Of a stretch of DNA of 64,000 nt, positions 19,870 through 31,057 are shown piece by piece (positions within the stretch are counted from its first letter, which is position 1; each line of letters begins with the position of its first letter). Under the pieces are notes generated by a model. The model was not told the origin of the DNA. It saw only the letters and a program-made list of their open reading frames with translations, and did no database searches. The position numbers were made by a program, and so were the translations under genes. The stretch lies in assembly GCA_945865375.1 (NCBI GenBank), contig CAMBEJ010000004.1, forward strand, positions 14,650 through 78,649, written 5' to 3'. This DNA is from Akkermansia muciniphila (GTDB lineage: Bacteria; Verrucomicrobiota; Verrucomicrobiia; Limisphaerales; F1-80-MAGS106).

Positions 19870-20738
19870 TGGAATTTTCTCCGTAACTCCGCACTGGAAT
19901 AAAGGAGGTTTCCGCTGAGAGTTGCCAATGAGATGGGTTCATGATTGGACTTGGAGCTAATTATTTTTCCAGAAAACAGGTCCAGAACTTTGGCAAATTT
20001 CCATTCTTTAGGTCCAGAGAGGCTTGCGGGAATAAGTCCCTCGCCAAAAATTCTTCGTGAAAGTACGGATGGATGAATCGGGCGGGGATTCGAAATATGC
20101 CAGGTTGCCACTTCTACGAGCTGATTTGGATTCCCCAAAGCGATGTGAAGCGATATATCAGTCGGCACCCGTGCTTGAGCAATCAGAGTCTTAAAGTTCT
20201 TCAAAATCCACACTGCCTTTTCCGGAAACCGCCCAGATTTTAGATGAACTTTTACCTCGTCACCATCAGGCCAGCTGTTCCAAACGCGAATATGTTCCGG
20301 AAGAACGACCCGGTTATCAATCTCGAGAGTTAGTTCTTCGGTATGTCGCATTTGCTGCAGTTGGGCCAAAGCTCCAGGAACAAACAAAGCACAATTGGGA
20401 GCAAGGGGCCAACCGAACTGTGACTCGAACATACCGGGACTCTCCGAGCGTCGGCAGACTGTGAGGAGCTTGTGTTGCCCTCGTCCTTCCATGTCGTGTA
20501 TGGCAAATCCAAATATTCCGTCAGTCGTAAGAAACGCGTAATCTTTCTGACCGACAATAATTGATCCAGCCTTCGCTGCTTCAGTCAGACCGAGGATTGG
20601 GACGGGGTGCTGATGAAAAGCCACCTCAAATTGCAACGCAGTATCATCGGCGGCAACGATCTCCCTCTTCTGTCCGGCGACCGAAGCAGCGACCATCAGA
20701 ACGGTCGAGACCAAAACTCGCGCAAAGATCTTAGCCAT
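19776..20738 (-). CDS. Hypothetical exported protein with C-terminal membrane anchor
   Basis: N-terminal signal-like segment; C-terminal TM followed by RKYRNS. Confidence 0.7.
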   Translation of the reverse strand: MAKIFARVLVSTVLMVAASVAGQKREIVAADDTALQFEVAFHQHPVPILGLTEAAKAGSIIVGQKDYAFLTTDGIFGFAIHDMEGRGQHKLLTVCRRSESPGMFESQFGWPLAPNCALFVPGALAQLQQMRHTEELTLEIDNRVVLPEHIRVWNSWPDGDEVKVHLKSGRFPEKAVWILKNFKTLIAQARVPTDISLHIALGNPNQLVEVATWHISNPRPIHPSVLSRRIFGEGLIPASLSGPKEWKFAKVLDLFSGKIISSKSNHEPISLATLSGNLLYSSAELRRKFQWIPRYWPLLVGGVGLGASLFCIFLRKYRNS

Positions 20739-21732
20739 GCTTCGGCTTCCTCCTCAAAGCCAAAAAAGAGATGACTGGCACAACAACAACCAGCAAAAGC
20801 CCTGCCCATTGGAACCACTTCACGGGCGACGGGGCTTCCCCCGACTGCACTAGGGCTCCTTTCTGCTCCCCCTGAACTTTATGCATTAGGGCCAATTCAT
20901 CATTCGAATACTTCTCTTTATTGGCATAGTACGTCAAAGAAGGCGAAACTCTTTCGTCAGTGATCAAAGCGCCGACCGGGGGATTCAAGTTCAATGAGGC
21001 GGGAAGCAAATCCTTTGCCTGCTCAAATCTAAAGGAATATTGACTCTCCGAGAGAGTTCTTCCGGATCGCCGAACAGTCAAAGTCATCGACTGTGGGAAA
21101 AACCACCCATGAAAATTAGTGATATTGCTGTAGTTGTATGTCGTGTCTCCGCTGTCATCCGAGTAGGTGAAACTTGTGAAGAGGTTTTGGGTTGAAGAAA
21201 ATCTACCGTTGAGACCGATCTTCTTCTTCGGGTCCGAATAGGTGAACTCCCCTTTTTCAGAGAGATCCAATGGGACCCCTTCTACGAACCTAGTAAGATT
21301 CCACTGAAACGCCTCCGCCGCCGGATGATCCCAAGTCCCTCGGCGAAGGTTAACAAAGGCCGTCAAATGCACTTTCCCGGGAATAGCTGGTTCGACGCGG
21401 CCGTTTTTTCCAAGAACCCCAGTCCCGTAGCGCAAAATGCGATTTTCGCCGACAAAATAAAGAGTTTGCTGCTCCGGATGCTGCGCGGAGAAACCCATCG
21501 CCGAGGCAGATTCATCTGGAAAAATGTCCACGGTCATTGTTTCAAAGGAAGCTCGAAGTCCTTGATCAAATTTTCGCTGGATATGAATCCTAGCCGGGGC
21601 GACCACTTTCATTTTCGCGATCATATCTTCCAATACGAGAGGTTCTGTATTCCCAATCTCCGAACTCGCGAACCACAGAACCACCGAAAATGAACCTACA
21701 ATTATTCTAGAATATGGCTGAGGAATGCTCAC
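20731..21732 (-). CDS. Hypothetical exported protein with C-terminal membrane anchor
   Basis: Hydrophobic N-terminus, beta-rich core, C-terminal TM followed by RRKPKHG. Confidence 0.75.
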   Translation of the reverse strand: MSIPQPYSRIIVGSFSVVLWFASSEIGNTEPLVLEDMIAKMKVVAPARIHIQRKFDQGLRASFETMTVDIFPDESASAMGFSAQHPEQQTLYFVGENRILRYGTGVLGKNGRVEPAIPGKVHLTAFVNLRRGTWDHPAAEAFQWNLTRFVEGVPLDLSEKGEFTYSDPKKKIGLNGRFSSTQNLFTSFTYSDDSGDTTYNYSNITNFHGWFFPQSMTLTVRRSGRTLSESQYSFRFEQAKDLLPASLNLNPPVGALITDERVSPSLTYYANKEKYSNDELALMHKVQGEQKGALVQSGEAPSPVKWFQWAGLLLVVVVPVISFLALRRKPKHG

Positions 21733-21784
21733 ATGAACCTTTTAAAAGTGAGTTGGATAAGCCTAATAGTTTTTATTGAACAGA

Positions 21785-21816
21785 GGCGACGCCACTCGCG
21801 AGGCAGTGGCGTCGCC
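21785..21816 (-). terminator. 12-bp perfect GC hairpin after the Cys-rich gene (terminator or mRNA stabiliser)
   Basis: GGCGACGCCACT-8 nt-AGTGGCGTCGCC; no strong U tract. Confidence 0.55.
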
Positions 21817-21829
21817 ATGATAGTCCTGC

Positions 21830-22183
21830 TTAAGGATTGTAGTACGTACAAGAGGTTCCCCGTTGAAACGTAGGCTGGAGGTCAGCATAAAATATGATAG
21901 CTCCCGCAGTCGGACACGGATTGGGATTAACGCCGGCCGGCCCGTCCGTATACTCTTTGTGCCATTCGCTGGCGGAAACAACGCAGTAATAGCCAGCCGT
22001 GCTTCCACCCTCGGTAGCGCAATAATCCAGGCTTCTTGTCCGGGTGCAGTCCCCGCTGAATACACTTCCTGTCTACCCGGACCACGTACCTGGCGTCGGG
22101 TTACCACACGTCGCCGCATTCAGGACTTGAGTTACCATTGCGAGGCCTAACACCGCTGACCACCTGCTCTTTCTTAGTCTCAT
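21830..22183 (-). CDS. Small secreted Cys-rich protein with in-frame TAG at codon 37 (pseudogene, error or read-through)
   Basis: MRLRKSRWSAVLGLAMVTQVLNAATCGNPTPGTWSG*TGSVFSGDCTRTRSLDYCATEGGSTAGYYCVVSASEWHKEYTDGPAGVNPNPCPTAGAIIFYADLQPTFQRGTSCTYYNP; purine-rich RBS GGAAAAGGAAAG upstream. Confidence 0.7.
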
Positions 22184-22202
22184 ATCAACTTTCCTTTTCC
22201 CT

Positions 22203-23236
22203 TTAGTTGTTTTTGGTTTCTCCACAGCAAGATCCTCCTTTCGGGTTTACGCTTGCGAAAACAATTGGCACGCGCCAGCGAGGAAGCTGACGAAAATCTG
22301 TCAGTAGCTCAACAAATGCCGACTCCTTCAACTCCGATGGAGGCGTCGCGACTAATTCCACGGTTAGCCGCCATCTCTTCTCGTCAAGGGTTCGTAGATT
22401 GGCTTTAAACCACGAATGACTTTCTTTCGCCCCAAGAAGTTGAAGCTTTTGCTGAGAGACCCGTTTTAATTCGATGGAAGCAGTCTTCTTATCCCCTCTT
22501 TCAAGGACCCCCAAGTTCAGAAACTCTGGCTTGCTTTCGAAAGGAACTTCCAATTTCAACGTAATCGCGATCATCTCCTTGACTCCGTTACGGCGGTCCG
22601 TGACATGCACCTTCATGTTTGGGAAAAGGTTTTCCACGGCCTGATCGAGGTTAATGGAAAGGCTTATGCTATAGGTGGCGTCGGCTGCTTTGGAGGGCAA
22701 TAGCTCGGCGGTTAAGGCATCCGTACTCGATTGCAGTTTCAGGTCCTCCTTGGACGGAATCGGATATTCCGTGGCAAAACGGAGCAATAAGTTGGTTTTA
22801 TAGGGGGTTCGGTCAGTCAGCGAGAGAGTCACGAATAGACTGTGCGGAAATATTCTAAGGGGCTGGCTCACTCTACCGGTAATCTTAATTTTTTCCGCCC
22901 CACTGTCGGTGAAAATCGATACATAATGCTCCTGGAAACCGCTTTTCCCAGCAGTATCAAAAATAACCTTAAATGTTTGTTCCTGGTTTTCGACTAAAGT
23001 AATCGGCTTCAAATCGGCTACGGTGCAGCCACAATCTGGCGAAATCCCGGTAATGCGCACAGGCGTGCCGGAGTTATTCCTTAATTTAACTTCATTCGTA
23101 ATGAGCTGACCCACGTAAAGGTTTTTTGGCAGGTCAATATCGCGTGGGAAAACCTCGATTTGCGCATGAAGCAAATACCCCGTCCAAAGGGAGACAAAAG
23201 AAACAAAAAAAGGCGGAATATTGATGTCCTAACCAC
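22203..23236 (-). CDS. DUF1573 / Ig-like exported protein; signal peptide frameshifted in a homopolymer
   Basis: PVRITGISPDCGCT motif. Adding one base to the run at 23205-23211 joins the signal VVRTSIFRLFFVSFVSLWTGYLLHA. Confidence 0.8.
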
Positions 23237-23535
23237 TTCAGGTTTCTTTTACCGAAGGGCGATTCCATTTCCCATAGACATCCCCTGTCCCCTGAGATTT
23301 TTAAGATATCTGAGCTCTGTGGCAGAATCTGCGGGTCAAAATGGCGCTTTTCAGCAGCAGTCAGGCGAGCGATCTGTGGCTCGACCGACTTGGTCGCCAA
23401 TCGGCAACTGACTTTCCAGTTTTTGTCCTTTTAACGGTTCTACCGAAATATGTCAACTGGATTTCCAAATCAGCAGCGATTCAATTCTCATTATGGCCAA
23501 ATTCTCACTCTCAGGTTACTTTGCGGTCACACACC

Positions 23536-24367
23536 CATTTTCGTAATCCAGAAACCGCTCAATGGAGCGCGATTCCGTGGGACATCGATCTCACCTGGGG
23601 GGATCACATGTACGGGGGCGGCAACGAACCGTTCCAGTCCCCGGTCCTTTCGCGGCCAGCGTTCAGGTGGGATTATCACCCTATTATGATTTCCCGGCAC
23701 GTGATGCTTGAGAAAGCGGGCCAAGGACTTTTCTACCAGGGCACCCGATCCGGAGACTTCAACCTAAAAAGAGCAGTTGAGGGTCTCGAATTCTCGCAAC
23801 TCATTCCATTTGCAATTTGTTGTACAAATCCATGTTGCAACCAAGAAGGTGAACCACGGAGCAGTTGGATTCCATATCAGTTCAGGCACTTACAAAAAGG
23901 AATGACTCTCAACTGCTTTTTTTAGGTTCAACGGTATGGTTCGCCAGAACGATTATGTCAAACGCCGCGCCTCGTTTATCGACAGCTCTCTTCTATCCGA
24001 TACGTTGATCCCGGCAACGCCATCGATAACCTACACTGGAGGCCAAGGGTATCCCGCCAACGCCCTTTCTTTTTCGTCCTCCGCGTTCTCAGGGGCCGGC
24101 AGGTTCGCCGCCGTGAAATGGCGGTTGGGCGAAATCGATCCGCCTCGGGGTTTGCAGGCCAAAGCCGCAGGGCCAGGGCACTATGAGATCAAGGCATTGT
24201 GGGAAACAGGGGAATTGTCCGAGTTCAAAGAATCCGTCGTTGTCCCGGCGGAATCCGTGAAGCCCGGGCACCTTTATCGAGTGCGGGTGAGCCTGAAGGA
24301 TGATTCAGGAAAATGGAGCCATTGGTCGCCGCCGGTCCAGTTCATTGCCGCCCCGGCGAACAATTAG
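23536..24367 (+). pseudogene. C-terminal fragments of the CotH-family gene, interrupted by a MITE
   Basis: HFRNPETAQWSAIPWDIDLTWG...KAGQGLFYQ...GDFN[MITE]GMVRQ...GKWSHWSPPVQF. Confidence 0.7.
23763..23926. mobile_element. 164-bp MITE (family B), copy 1
   Basis: TIRs CCTAAAAAGAGCAGTTGAG / CTCAACTGCTTTTTTTAGG; TTCAA duplicated on both sides; near-identical to 42036-42199. Confidence 0.92.
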
Positions 24368-25653
24368 GCGGCAGCCTTCATGGCTTCGGCGGCTGCGGAC
24401 ACGGTTTTTTCGATGTCCTGCATGGTGTGCGCGGCGGAAATAAAACCGGCTTCGAACTGAGACGGCGCGAGATAGATACCCCGTTCCAACATTCCGTGGA
24501 AATAGCGAGCGAACCGCTGGCGATCGCTGCGCATCGCGTCACTGACATTCCAGACTGGAGTCTCGGTAAAGTAGCCGCAAAACATGGAGCCCGCGCGTTG
24601 AAACTGAACCGGTACGCCAGCTGATTTGGCGGCGTCGCGCATGCCCGCTTCCAAGGCAGCGCCCAACTCTTCGAGATGCTGGTAGACTTCCCCTGATGCC
24701 AATTCTTCCAAAGCGGCGATGCCTGCAGCCATAGCCAGAGGGTTGCCACTCAACGTTCCGGCCTGATAGACCGGGCCAATGGGCGCAAGGCAATCCATGA
24801 TCTCAGCACGACCTCCAAAAGCGCCCACGGGCAACCCACCGCCAATGATCTTTCCGAAACAACTCAGATCAGGCGTGATATGATAAATCTGCTGAGCGCC
24901 GCCACGGGCGAGGCGAAACCCCGTCATCACTTCGTCAAAAATCAGCAACGCGCGATTCTCGGCGGTCATCCGCCGGAGAAAGTCCAGGTAACCCGGTTTT
25001 GGAAGATACAACCCTGCGTTGCCCGGAACAGGCTCCAGAATGATCCCTGCAATCTGATCGGGATTGGCCTCAAAAGCAGCCCGCACAGCCGCCTCGTCAT
25101 TAAAGGGCAGAACGATCGTGTGTTGCGTGAAGGCGGCCGGGACTCCCGCGCTGTCAGGATAACCCAATGTCAAGGCGCCAGAGCCCGCCTTCACCAACAA
25201 CGAGTCCGAATGCCCATGATAACATCCATCGAACTTGATGATCTTGTCGCGTCCGGTGAACCCCCGCGCAAGGCGGACCGCAGACATCGTCGCTTCGGTT
25301 CCGGAGTTGCAAAATCTGATTTTCTGAATGCTCGGCACGGATTCCAGAACCCACTTCGCGAGACGCATCTCCAGCGGATTCGGGGTTCCGAAACTGGTGC
25401 CTCTCCCCGCCGCTTCCTGGACGGCCCGGATGATCTTCGGAAACGCATGCCCCAAAATGGCTGGCCCCCAGGTGCCCACGTAATCGATGTAGACATTCCC
25501 GTCGACATCCTCCAACCGGGCGCCAAACGCGCGTGCGGTAAAAAAAGGTTGCCCCCCAACCGCCCGGAAAGCGCGCACAGGTGAATTCACACCGCCGGGA
25601 ATGCAACGCAGGGCTTCGGCAAACAACAGCTCGGATTGTGTCCGTGACATCAT
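24364..25653 (-). CDS. hemL: Glutamate-1-semialdehyde 2,1-aminomutase
   Basis: [50 protein letters not shown]. Confidence 0.97.
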   Translation of the reverse strand: MMSRTQSELLFAEALRCIPGGVNSPVRAFRAVGGQPFFTARAFGARLEDVDGNVYIDYVGTWGPAILGHAFPKIIRAVQEAAGRGTSFGTPNPLEMRLAKWVLESVPSIQKIRFCNSGTEATMSAVRLARGFTGRDKIIKFDGCYHGHSDSLLVKAGSGALTLGYPDSAGVPAAFTQHTIVLPFNDEAAVRAAFEANPDQIAGIILEPVPGNAGLYLPKPGYLDFLRRMTAENRALLIFDEVMTGFRLARGGAQQIYHITPDLSCFGKIIGGGLPVGAFGGRAEIMDCLAPIGPVYQAGTLSGNPLAMAAGIAALEELASGEVYQHLEELGAALEAGMRDAAKSAGVPVQFQRAGSMFCGYFTETPVWNVSDAMRSDRQRFARYFHGMLERGIYLAPSQFEAGFISAAHTMQDIEKTVSAAAEAMKAAA

Positions 25654-25657
25654 AAAA

Positions 25658-27406
25658 TCAATGCCCGTGCTGATGCTCCTGAATGTACTCCTGTTTCAAA
25701 CCCAATTCCTCGGGGGCATGGAGCACGAGCATCTTCATACGAATGTCCGTTGGAATTTCACGGGCGGTCAATTTGGAAACCAGCACCATCAAGAAAATAG
25801 CCAGAGGCACAGCCCAAATCGCGGGCTGCTCGCCCAGGATTCTCAGCAGCGGATGGGCGATCCAGAAGCTGGCCAGAGGCACCCATCCAAGATCGCTAAA
25901 ACTGGTCATCGAAATTGCGAGCACTGCAGTGACACCCCCGCCCAACATGCCCGATGCAGCCCCCTTCATGGTCATTCCGGGCCACCAAGCGCTCAGGAAC
26001 AGGAAAGGAAAATAACTCGCGGCGGCAATCGCAAAGGCCTGTCCCACCATGAAGTTGATCTGAAACTGCTCCACCTGCATCCCGAGGAACACCGCCACAG
26101 CTCCCACGCCCACTGCCGCAAACCGAAACATGCGCATCCGCTCCGCAGCGGTGGCCTTCGGACGTAGCATGCGACCATAGACGTCGTGGGCCAATGCGCC
26201 GGTCATCGAGACCAACAGCCCACTGAAGGTGCTCATGAATGCCGCGAACGCACCCGCACATGTGATCCCACTCATCACCGACCCCAACCCAGGCATGCGC
26301 TCGTTGAGTAATCGAGGCAACTCCAGAACCACTTTGTCGGTGCCTTTGGATCCAACACCCTCATAAAGGTCGGGCATGAGGTTCCTCCCCATCACGCCGA
26401 AAACAGGAGGGAACACGTAAAACACACCGATCAAAATCATCACCCACATGGTCGTCCGCTTTGCCGCAACACCATCGGGATTAGTGTAGAACCGCACCAA
26501 GATATGCGGCAACCCGGCAGTGCCGCAAACCAGGGCAACAATCAACGAATAGGTATAGAGCAGTGAGTAAGGCCTCGGATCAACCACCTTGGCCGCCTTG
26601 GCCGCCTTGGTGGTCAGCGGGCCAAACGGGTTCATCCACGAAGCGTCCGGTGGTGCCTTGGCCGGAAGCGCACGCCGCAAGGTCTCCCCCGCAGGCTGCG
26701 GTAAATCCGATGGAGTCTCGGACCGCACGACAGCTTTGCTTGCTTGAATCTCCGCCGCCACCGCCGCGTTGCCGCCGAGCTGTTTGCCGTAGGAACCATA
26801 AACCGCCATCAAAACAAAAACCGGGGCGGCAATCGCAAACATTTTGATCCAATATTGAACCGCTTGGATCAGCGTAATCCCTTTCATGCCACCCAGAGCC
26901 ACATTCAACGTGATCACTGCACCCACCAACACGACCCCTGCCCAATACGGCAGACCCGGAAAAATATAAGCTAGGGTCGTCCCGGCCCCTTTCATCTGCG
27001 GCATTGTATAAACAAATCCAATACACAAAACGAACACGACAGCAATTTTCCTGAATAGTGGAGAGTCGAAGCGGCCTTCGGCGAAGTCCGGGATCGTATA
27101 GGCCCCAAAGCGCCTCAAGGGGCCCGCGATAAAGAGCAACAAGAATAGATAACCGCAGGCGTAACACACGGGATACCAGAGCGCGTCGTATCCTGAGCTC
27201 ATGACCATGCCCGCCACACCCATGAAGGAAGCCGCCGACAGATACTCGCCGGAAATCGCCGAAGCGTTCCAACCGACCGAGACGGAACGGCCTGCCACAA
27301 AAAAATCACCCGCCGTCTTGGATGCCCGAGCCGATCTAAAACCCATCCAGATGGTGGCGATCACCGTCACCGCGCTAAATCCAAAAATCCATGGGTCCGT
27401 GTTCAT
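25658..27406 (-). CDS. Sodium:solute symporter, ActP-like
   Basis: [35 protein letters not shown]. Confidence 0.9.
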   Translation of the reverse strand: MNTDPWIFGFSAVTVIATIWMGFRSARASKTAGDFFVAGRSVSVGWNASAISGEYLSAASFMGVAGMVMSSGYDALWYPVCYACGYLFLLLFIAGPLRRFGAYTIPDFAEGRFDSPLFRKIAVVFVLCIGFVYTMPQMKGAGTTLAYIFPGLPYWAGVVLVGAVITLNVALGGMKGITLIQAVQYWIKMFAIAAPVFVLMAVYGSYGKQLGGNAAVAAEIQASKAVVRSETPSDLPQPAGETLRRALPAKAPPDASWMNPFGPLTTKAAKAAKVVDPRPYSLLYTYSLIVALVCGTAGLPHILVRFYTNPDGVAAKRTTMWVMILIGVFYVFPPVFGVMGRNLMPDLYEGVGSKGTDKVVLELPRLLNERMPGLGSVMSGITCAGAFAAFMSTFSGLLVSMTGALAHDVYGRMLRPKATAAERMRMFRFAAVGVGAVAVFLGMQVEQFQINFMVGQAFAIAAASYFPFLFLSAWWPGMTMKGAASGMLGGGVTAVLAISMTSFSDLGWVPLASFWIAHPLLRILGEQPAIWAVPLAIFLMVLVSKLTAREIPTDIRMKMLVLHAPEELGLKQEYIQEHQHGH

Positions 27407-27430
27407 AACGGAGAACAATTCGTAGGAGGA

Positions 27431-27520
27431 ACTACGGATGAGCACCGATGCACGCGGATGGGGTTTGAGGGGAGGAGGTCTCCTGGCTTATCTGTGTTCA
27501 TCCGCGATTATCTAAGGTTG
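27431..27520. repeat. REP-like inverted repeat (CACGGAT type)
   Basis: ACTACGGATGAGCACCGATGCACGCGGAT ... ATCTGTGTTCATCCGCG; similar to 63018-63100. Confidence 0.45.
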
Positions 27521-27549
27521 AGGTGTTTCAGGTTTCGGAAAAATGCGGA

Positions 27550-27897
27550 TTACGGCTGTTTCGTTTCACGCGACTCACAAAGCGCCTTCTCGGCGGCAAG
27601 CCCATCGACGACCTCCTCCTGTTCCAGGGCGATGGATCGTCTGATGAACACCCAGGCAATGGCCCAGACGAAAGGAAAAAATAAAACCCCCAAAACGAGC
27701 CAGGACAGAGTAAACCCCCCGACGCGTCGCGCCATCAGCTCCGGCGCAAAGTAATTCAGCAGAGGCAAACCCAGAAGCACGAGCAGGAACGTCAGCGCGC
27801 AGGAAACTGACAACCTGAGCTGGCGGCGCATCAAGCGCTTCAAAAAAGCTTCGCTGTGGATGCCGCTCGTGATCGGCAGGGGGGTGTCTTTATTCAA
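27550..27897 (-). CDS. DUF485 (YjcH-like) small membrane protein
   Basis: LMRRQLRLS plus two TM helices, directly upstream of the ActP-like symporter. Confidence 0.85.
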   Translation of the reverse strand: MNKDTPLPITSGIHSEAFLKRLMRRQLRLSVSCALTFLLVLLGLPLLNYFAPELMARRVGGFTLSWLVLGVLFFPFVWAIAWVFIRRSIALEQEEVVDGLAAEKALCESRETKQP

Positions 27898-27911
27898 AGT
27901 GGCCTTTGTGT

Positions 27912-29036
27912 TTATTTCGAGCCCTTCGCAATCCGTGCATCTCGAAAAATCCGCCAGGTGTCCACCCGGTTGTTGGAAGATTCATGCAAGGCTCGCACTT
28001 CAAACCCGCCGTCCTTCAACGAGATCACAGGCTTCGAGCTGAACGGGCCGCTTGCTGCGGGCACCCACCCCAGTTCCTGAAGAGAGTCGGTATACCGTCC
28101 CTCCGAACTCTGGAAATGACGCTCTCGATAGTAGATTTCATGAAGCACATCCTTCACTTCAAAAGCGGGATCGCCTTTGAAAACTCCCTGTCCTGGACGC
28201 TGCTTTGAAAACCGGACCATGCCCCAGCGCTCCGGCCGGTGCATATCGATGATGCCCTGGGGGGACCACACCCAATTCGCTTCCTTTTGGCCTGGTGGCT
28301 TCACATATTTGCCCTGAACCACCTGGATCAACCATTCCACGCGCGAAAAGGATACACGCCACAAGTCCATATCGGCAGGCGGACATGCCGCGTCCGTTTT
28401 TTGTTTGAGCGCAGCCCACGGAAAAGCAATTTCCAGCGACCACCCGCGATCCTCGTCCCTGGGATCGTTCAACGTTCCGTCCACAAACACCGCCGACTTC
28501 GTCCCGGTTAACTCAAACTCGTTCCGCGCAGGCCCACCGTCTTTATAGGCTTTCTCCAGGAGCAAATCCCAGGTGGTGTTCAGGGCGTTCAACTCGAACT
28601 CGTAATAGTTGTGGTTGTCACCGTCAGGCTCGATGAAGACTTCAAAATCGTTGTCCCGAAAGATAACCGAGTCATGCTCGGTCAACGTCCCCCACACGTG
28701 CGGTTCCTGAAGCTCGGCGCCGATATAGAGATAATCCTTGTCCCAAACGATCTTGGCGCGCGTGCGGAAATGAGGCCGCAGTTTCGCGTCGCCCTCAATG
28801 TCGGTGAAATCCTCGGTCCAGGGCGCGGATGCCCAGCCCGAATCGTCCAGTTTACCGTCGATCCGCAGCGGCTCCTTGATCTGTCCAGCGACGTAGCCTT
28901 TTGGCTTCATCGCCTTCAAACGCATCCAGTCTTCGAGCTGGGACGCACCAAAGGCTGGGCACGCACCCAAAAACCCGCCGAACATCAACGCTGCGATCGA
29001 TCGCGCCAACCAACGTTTCCAGAGCCGTTTCATCAT
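27912..29036 (-). CDS. CBM9/DOMON-like carbohydrate-binding protein, exported
   Basis: IDGKLDD..W..APWTEDFTDIEG, DNDFEVFI, YYEFELNALNT, NWVWSPQG. Confidence 0.85.
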   Translation of the reverse strand: MMKRLWKRWLARSIAALMFGGFLGACPAFGASQLEDWMRLKAMKPKGYVAGQIKEPLRIDGKLDDSGWASAPWTEDFTDIEGDAKLRPHFRTRAKIVWDKDYLYIGAELQEPHVWGTLTEHDSVIFRDNDFEVFIEPDGDNHNYYEFELNALNTTWDLLLEKAYKDGGPARNEFELTGTKSAVFVDGTLNDPRDEDRGWSLEIAFPWAALKQKTDAACPPADMDLWRVSFSRVEWLIQVVQGKYVKPPGQKEANWVWSPQGIIDMHRPERWGMVRFSKQRPGQGVFKGDPAFEVKDVLHEIYYRERHFQSSEGRYTDSLQELGWVPAASGPFSSKPVISLKDGGFEVRALHESSNNRVDTWRIFRDARIAKGSK

Positions 29037-29281
29037 GAGATACAGCCTGGAACTCTGGCGGTGGTCCGATGAAAACACAACCGTACACTTCGAGACGCGC
29101 GATTATTCCCGGAAACAGCCCCAAGCTCCAGCCCCAATCGCCCTTTCTTGTGAGGGTTGCCCTTATTCCCCATCGGCTTGGAGCCGCTTTTTCTTGTCAC
29201 AACGCCCCCAAACTGCCACAGTCGGTCAGGCTGTGAAAAAGTAAATTCCTATCCGTTTCACCGGGCCACCGTCGGCGGGGC

Positions 29282-29402
29282 ATGAACTCTTCCCCTTCTT
29301 CGAATGTGACGGCTAGGCCGTTGACTTTGCTGTCCGTCGTCATTCCGACCCGGAACGAAGCTGGCTGCAATCGCTTCTACGGTCGAGCACTTGCATCTGG
29401 AG
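29282..29402 (+). pseudogene. 5' fragment of a GT2 glycosyltransferase
   Basis: LLSVVIPTRNEAGC, then in a shifted frame IASTVEHLHLE, then truncated. Confidence 0.6.
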
Positions 29403-29734
29403 TCAGAGACCACCGGCAAAGCCGGGGGCTACCACGATTTAAGTCACCAAGGAGGTGGAATGTGGGCAGGTCTCAGGGCGTGGGCTCTGAGATCCTGCCC
29501 CGTGGGCCTGTTGCGATGATCAATCTGACTCATGAACAGATCCCGTTGTGCGAGCCCCAATGAGGGTTTTGTAGCTGAGATTGTTTTTGCGGTGCAAGAT
29601 GGCCTTCTTGAGTGCCTGCTCGCAGAGATTATGCCGCCTCCAAACTTATGCCGCACGGACAAGCTGGAGGCGGATATTTCGGTCATTCCGAAGCTCATTG
29701 AGGATCAACGCGCGGCATAAACGCGCGGCATAAT

Positions 29735-29776
29735 TAGAGCCTGTCCCAAAAAACCCTGAATTTGGGACAGGCTCTA
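29735..29776. repeat. Perfect 16-bp inverted repeat, possibly abutted IS ends
   Basis: TAGAGCCTGTCCCAAA-10 nt-TTTGGGACAGGCTCTA. Confidence 0.7.
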
Positions 29777-30238
29777 TTTAGCGATCAAGACCTCAACTTC
29801 TGATCCGCCAACAGAACCGTCCTGGCTCCCCCGAGTCCACGGCGGTTCTGCCTTCCTTCCACGAAAGACCATGACTCTCAAACACCCGTTGCCACGGACT
29901 AATTTGGCTCCGTCCCTACGGCAACACCAATGCTCGCCACACGATTGCGAAAGCGTGGCGACCTATTGGGGGCGCTGCGCGGGGCCTTCTGATAGACTTT
30001 TTCGGTTTCAATTTTCAAACTTTTTTTGCCGCATTCCCCCTATCGACAACACCACGGTTCACAACGCGTTGCGCCACGTCGCATTGCCACTTTGGCTGCA
30101 CCGGAACCCCCCGGGGTCAATCCCCATCCGAGGTCACAAATGAGACCATGTCCACAACTGAGCGAGGCACGCTGCAGCGTGTGCCTGACCGGTTTCAATT
30201 AACCGGCGCATAACACCGATCGCTGCCGAGGCCTTGGG

Positions 30239-31001
30239 TTATTGTGCTGGCGTTTGTTGAGCAGACTTTCGTGCTATGGCAACGAGGCTCAGGCCAAGGG
30301 GCAATCTGAATCCTTTGCTAACCAACACGCCTTCCACATTCAAAATGCAGCGTATGAGACGATCCAACACTTTCGAAGACCGTCGAAGCTCGGTGAAAGT
30401 TGGGGAAAATCCCAATATTGGCTTAACGGCTCGGAGCGCCAACGCTGGAAGAAACAAGGTCGCATTCGTAAAACTGATGAAGTCTACGCTAATACCCGCC
30501 CGCTTTCCTCAGACTCCTAAGTAATCCTGAACGAGTGTATCGCCGGAAATGCATATTGACGACGTCATGGTGACTCCACAAAAATGGAAATGCGGGAACG
30601 CAGGCGATGAGAGTGCCATTGAGCTTCATCACTCGCGCAAGTTCCAGCAACGCGTTCTGATCGTCTCGGATGTGTTCAAGGACGTCGGATGCGATGACCA
30701 GGTCAAATGAGTTATCTGAAAAACCTAGGGACCCAACATCCATCACTTCCGCGTGAAACAAACCGAGCGAGCATGCTTGATGAATAGAGTCTTCATCAAT
30801 ATCGATTCCGCTGAGGTTTTCAAAACCGGAAGAGTGCAATTCCTGTAGGAATATACCGCTCGAACAGCCGACATCAAGAAGACATTTTCCTCTAAAATCC
30901 CCCAACCTCGCGATTAGCCTGTGCAACAAACGTCGCCTGGAGACAAACCAAAAATGGTCACGTTCCATATCTCTAAATAGTTCTCGATAAGGCGGATCCA
31001 T
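30239..31001 (-). pseudogene. Class I SAM methyltransferase, frameshifted at ~30495
   Basis: HFWFVSRR, LLDVGCSSG, DVLEHI, WSHHD..HFRRY; continues in the 30239..30457 frame after a GCGG duplication. Confidence 0.8.
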
Positions 31002-31057
31002 AACCGAATAATCGTCAGATAGAGCCTGTCGCAGGATTGGTTTGCCAAACTTCAAGG

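Noticed and set aside
22073-22075. Pyrrolysine or genome-wide TAG recoding
   Set aside because: TAG ends normal genes here (for example ispG, rseP, sppA) and no pyl genes are seen; a point change or error is more likely.
21763-22119. 118-aa ORF from the track
   Set aside because: No RBS or motif. The overlapping frame 22183-21830 has an RBS, a signal peptide and a Cys pattern.
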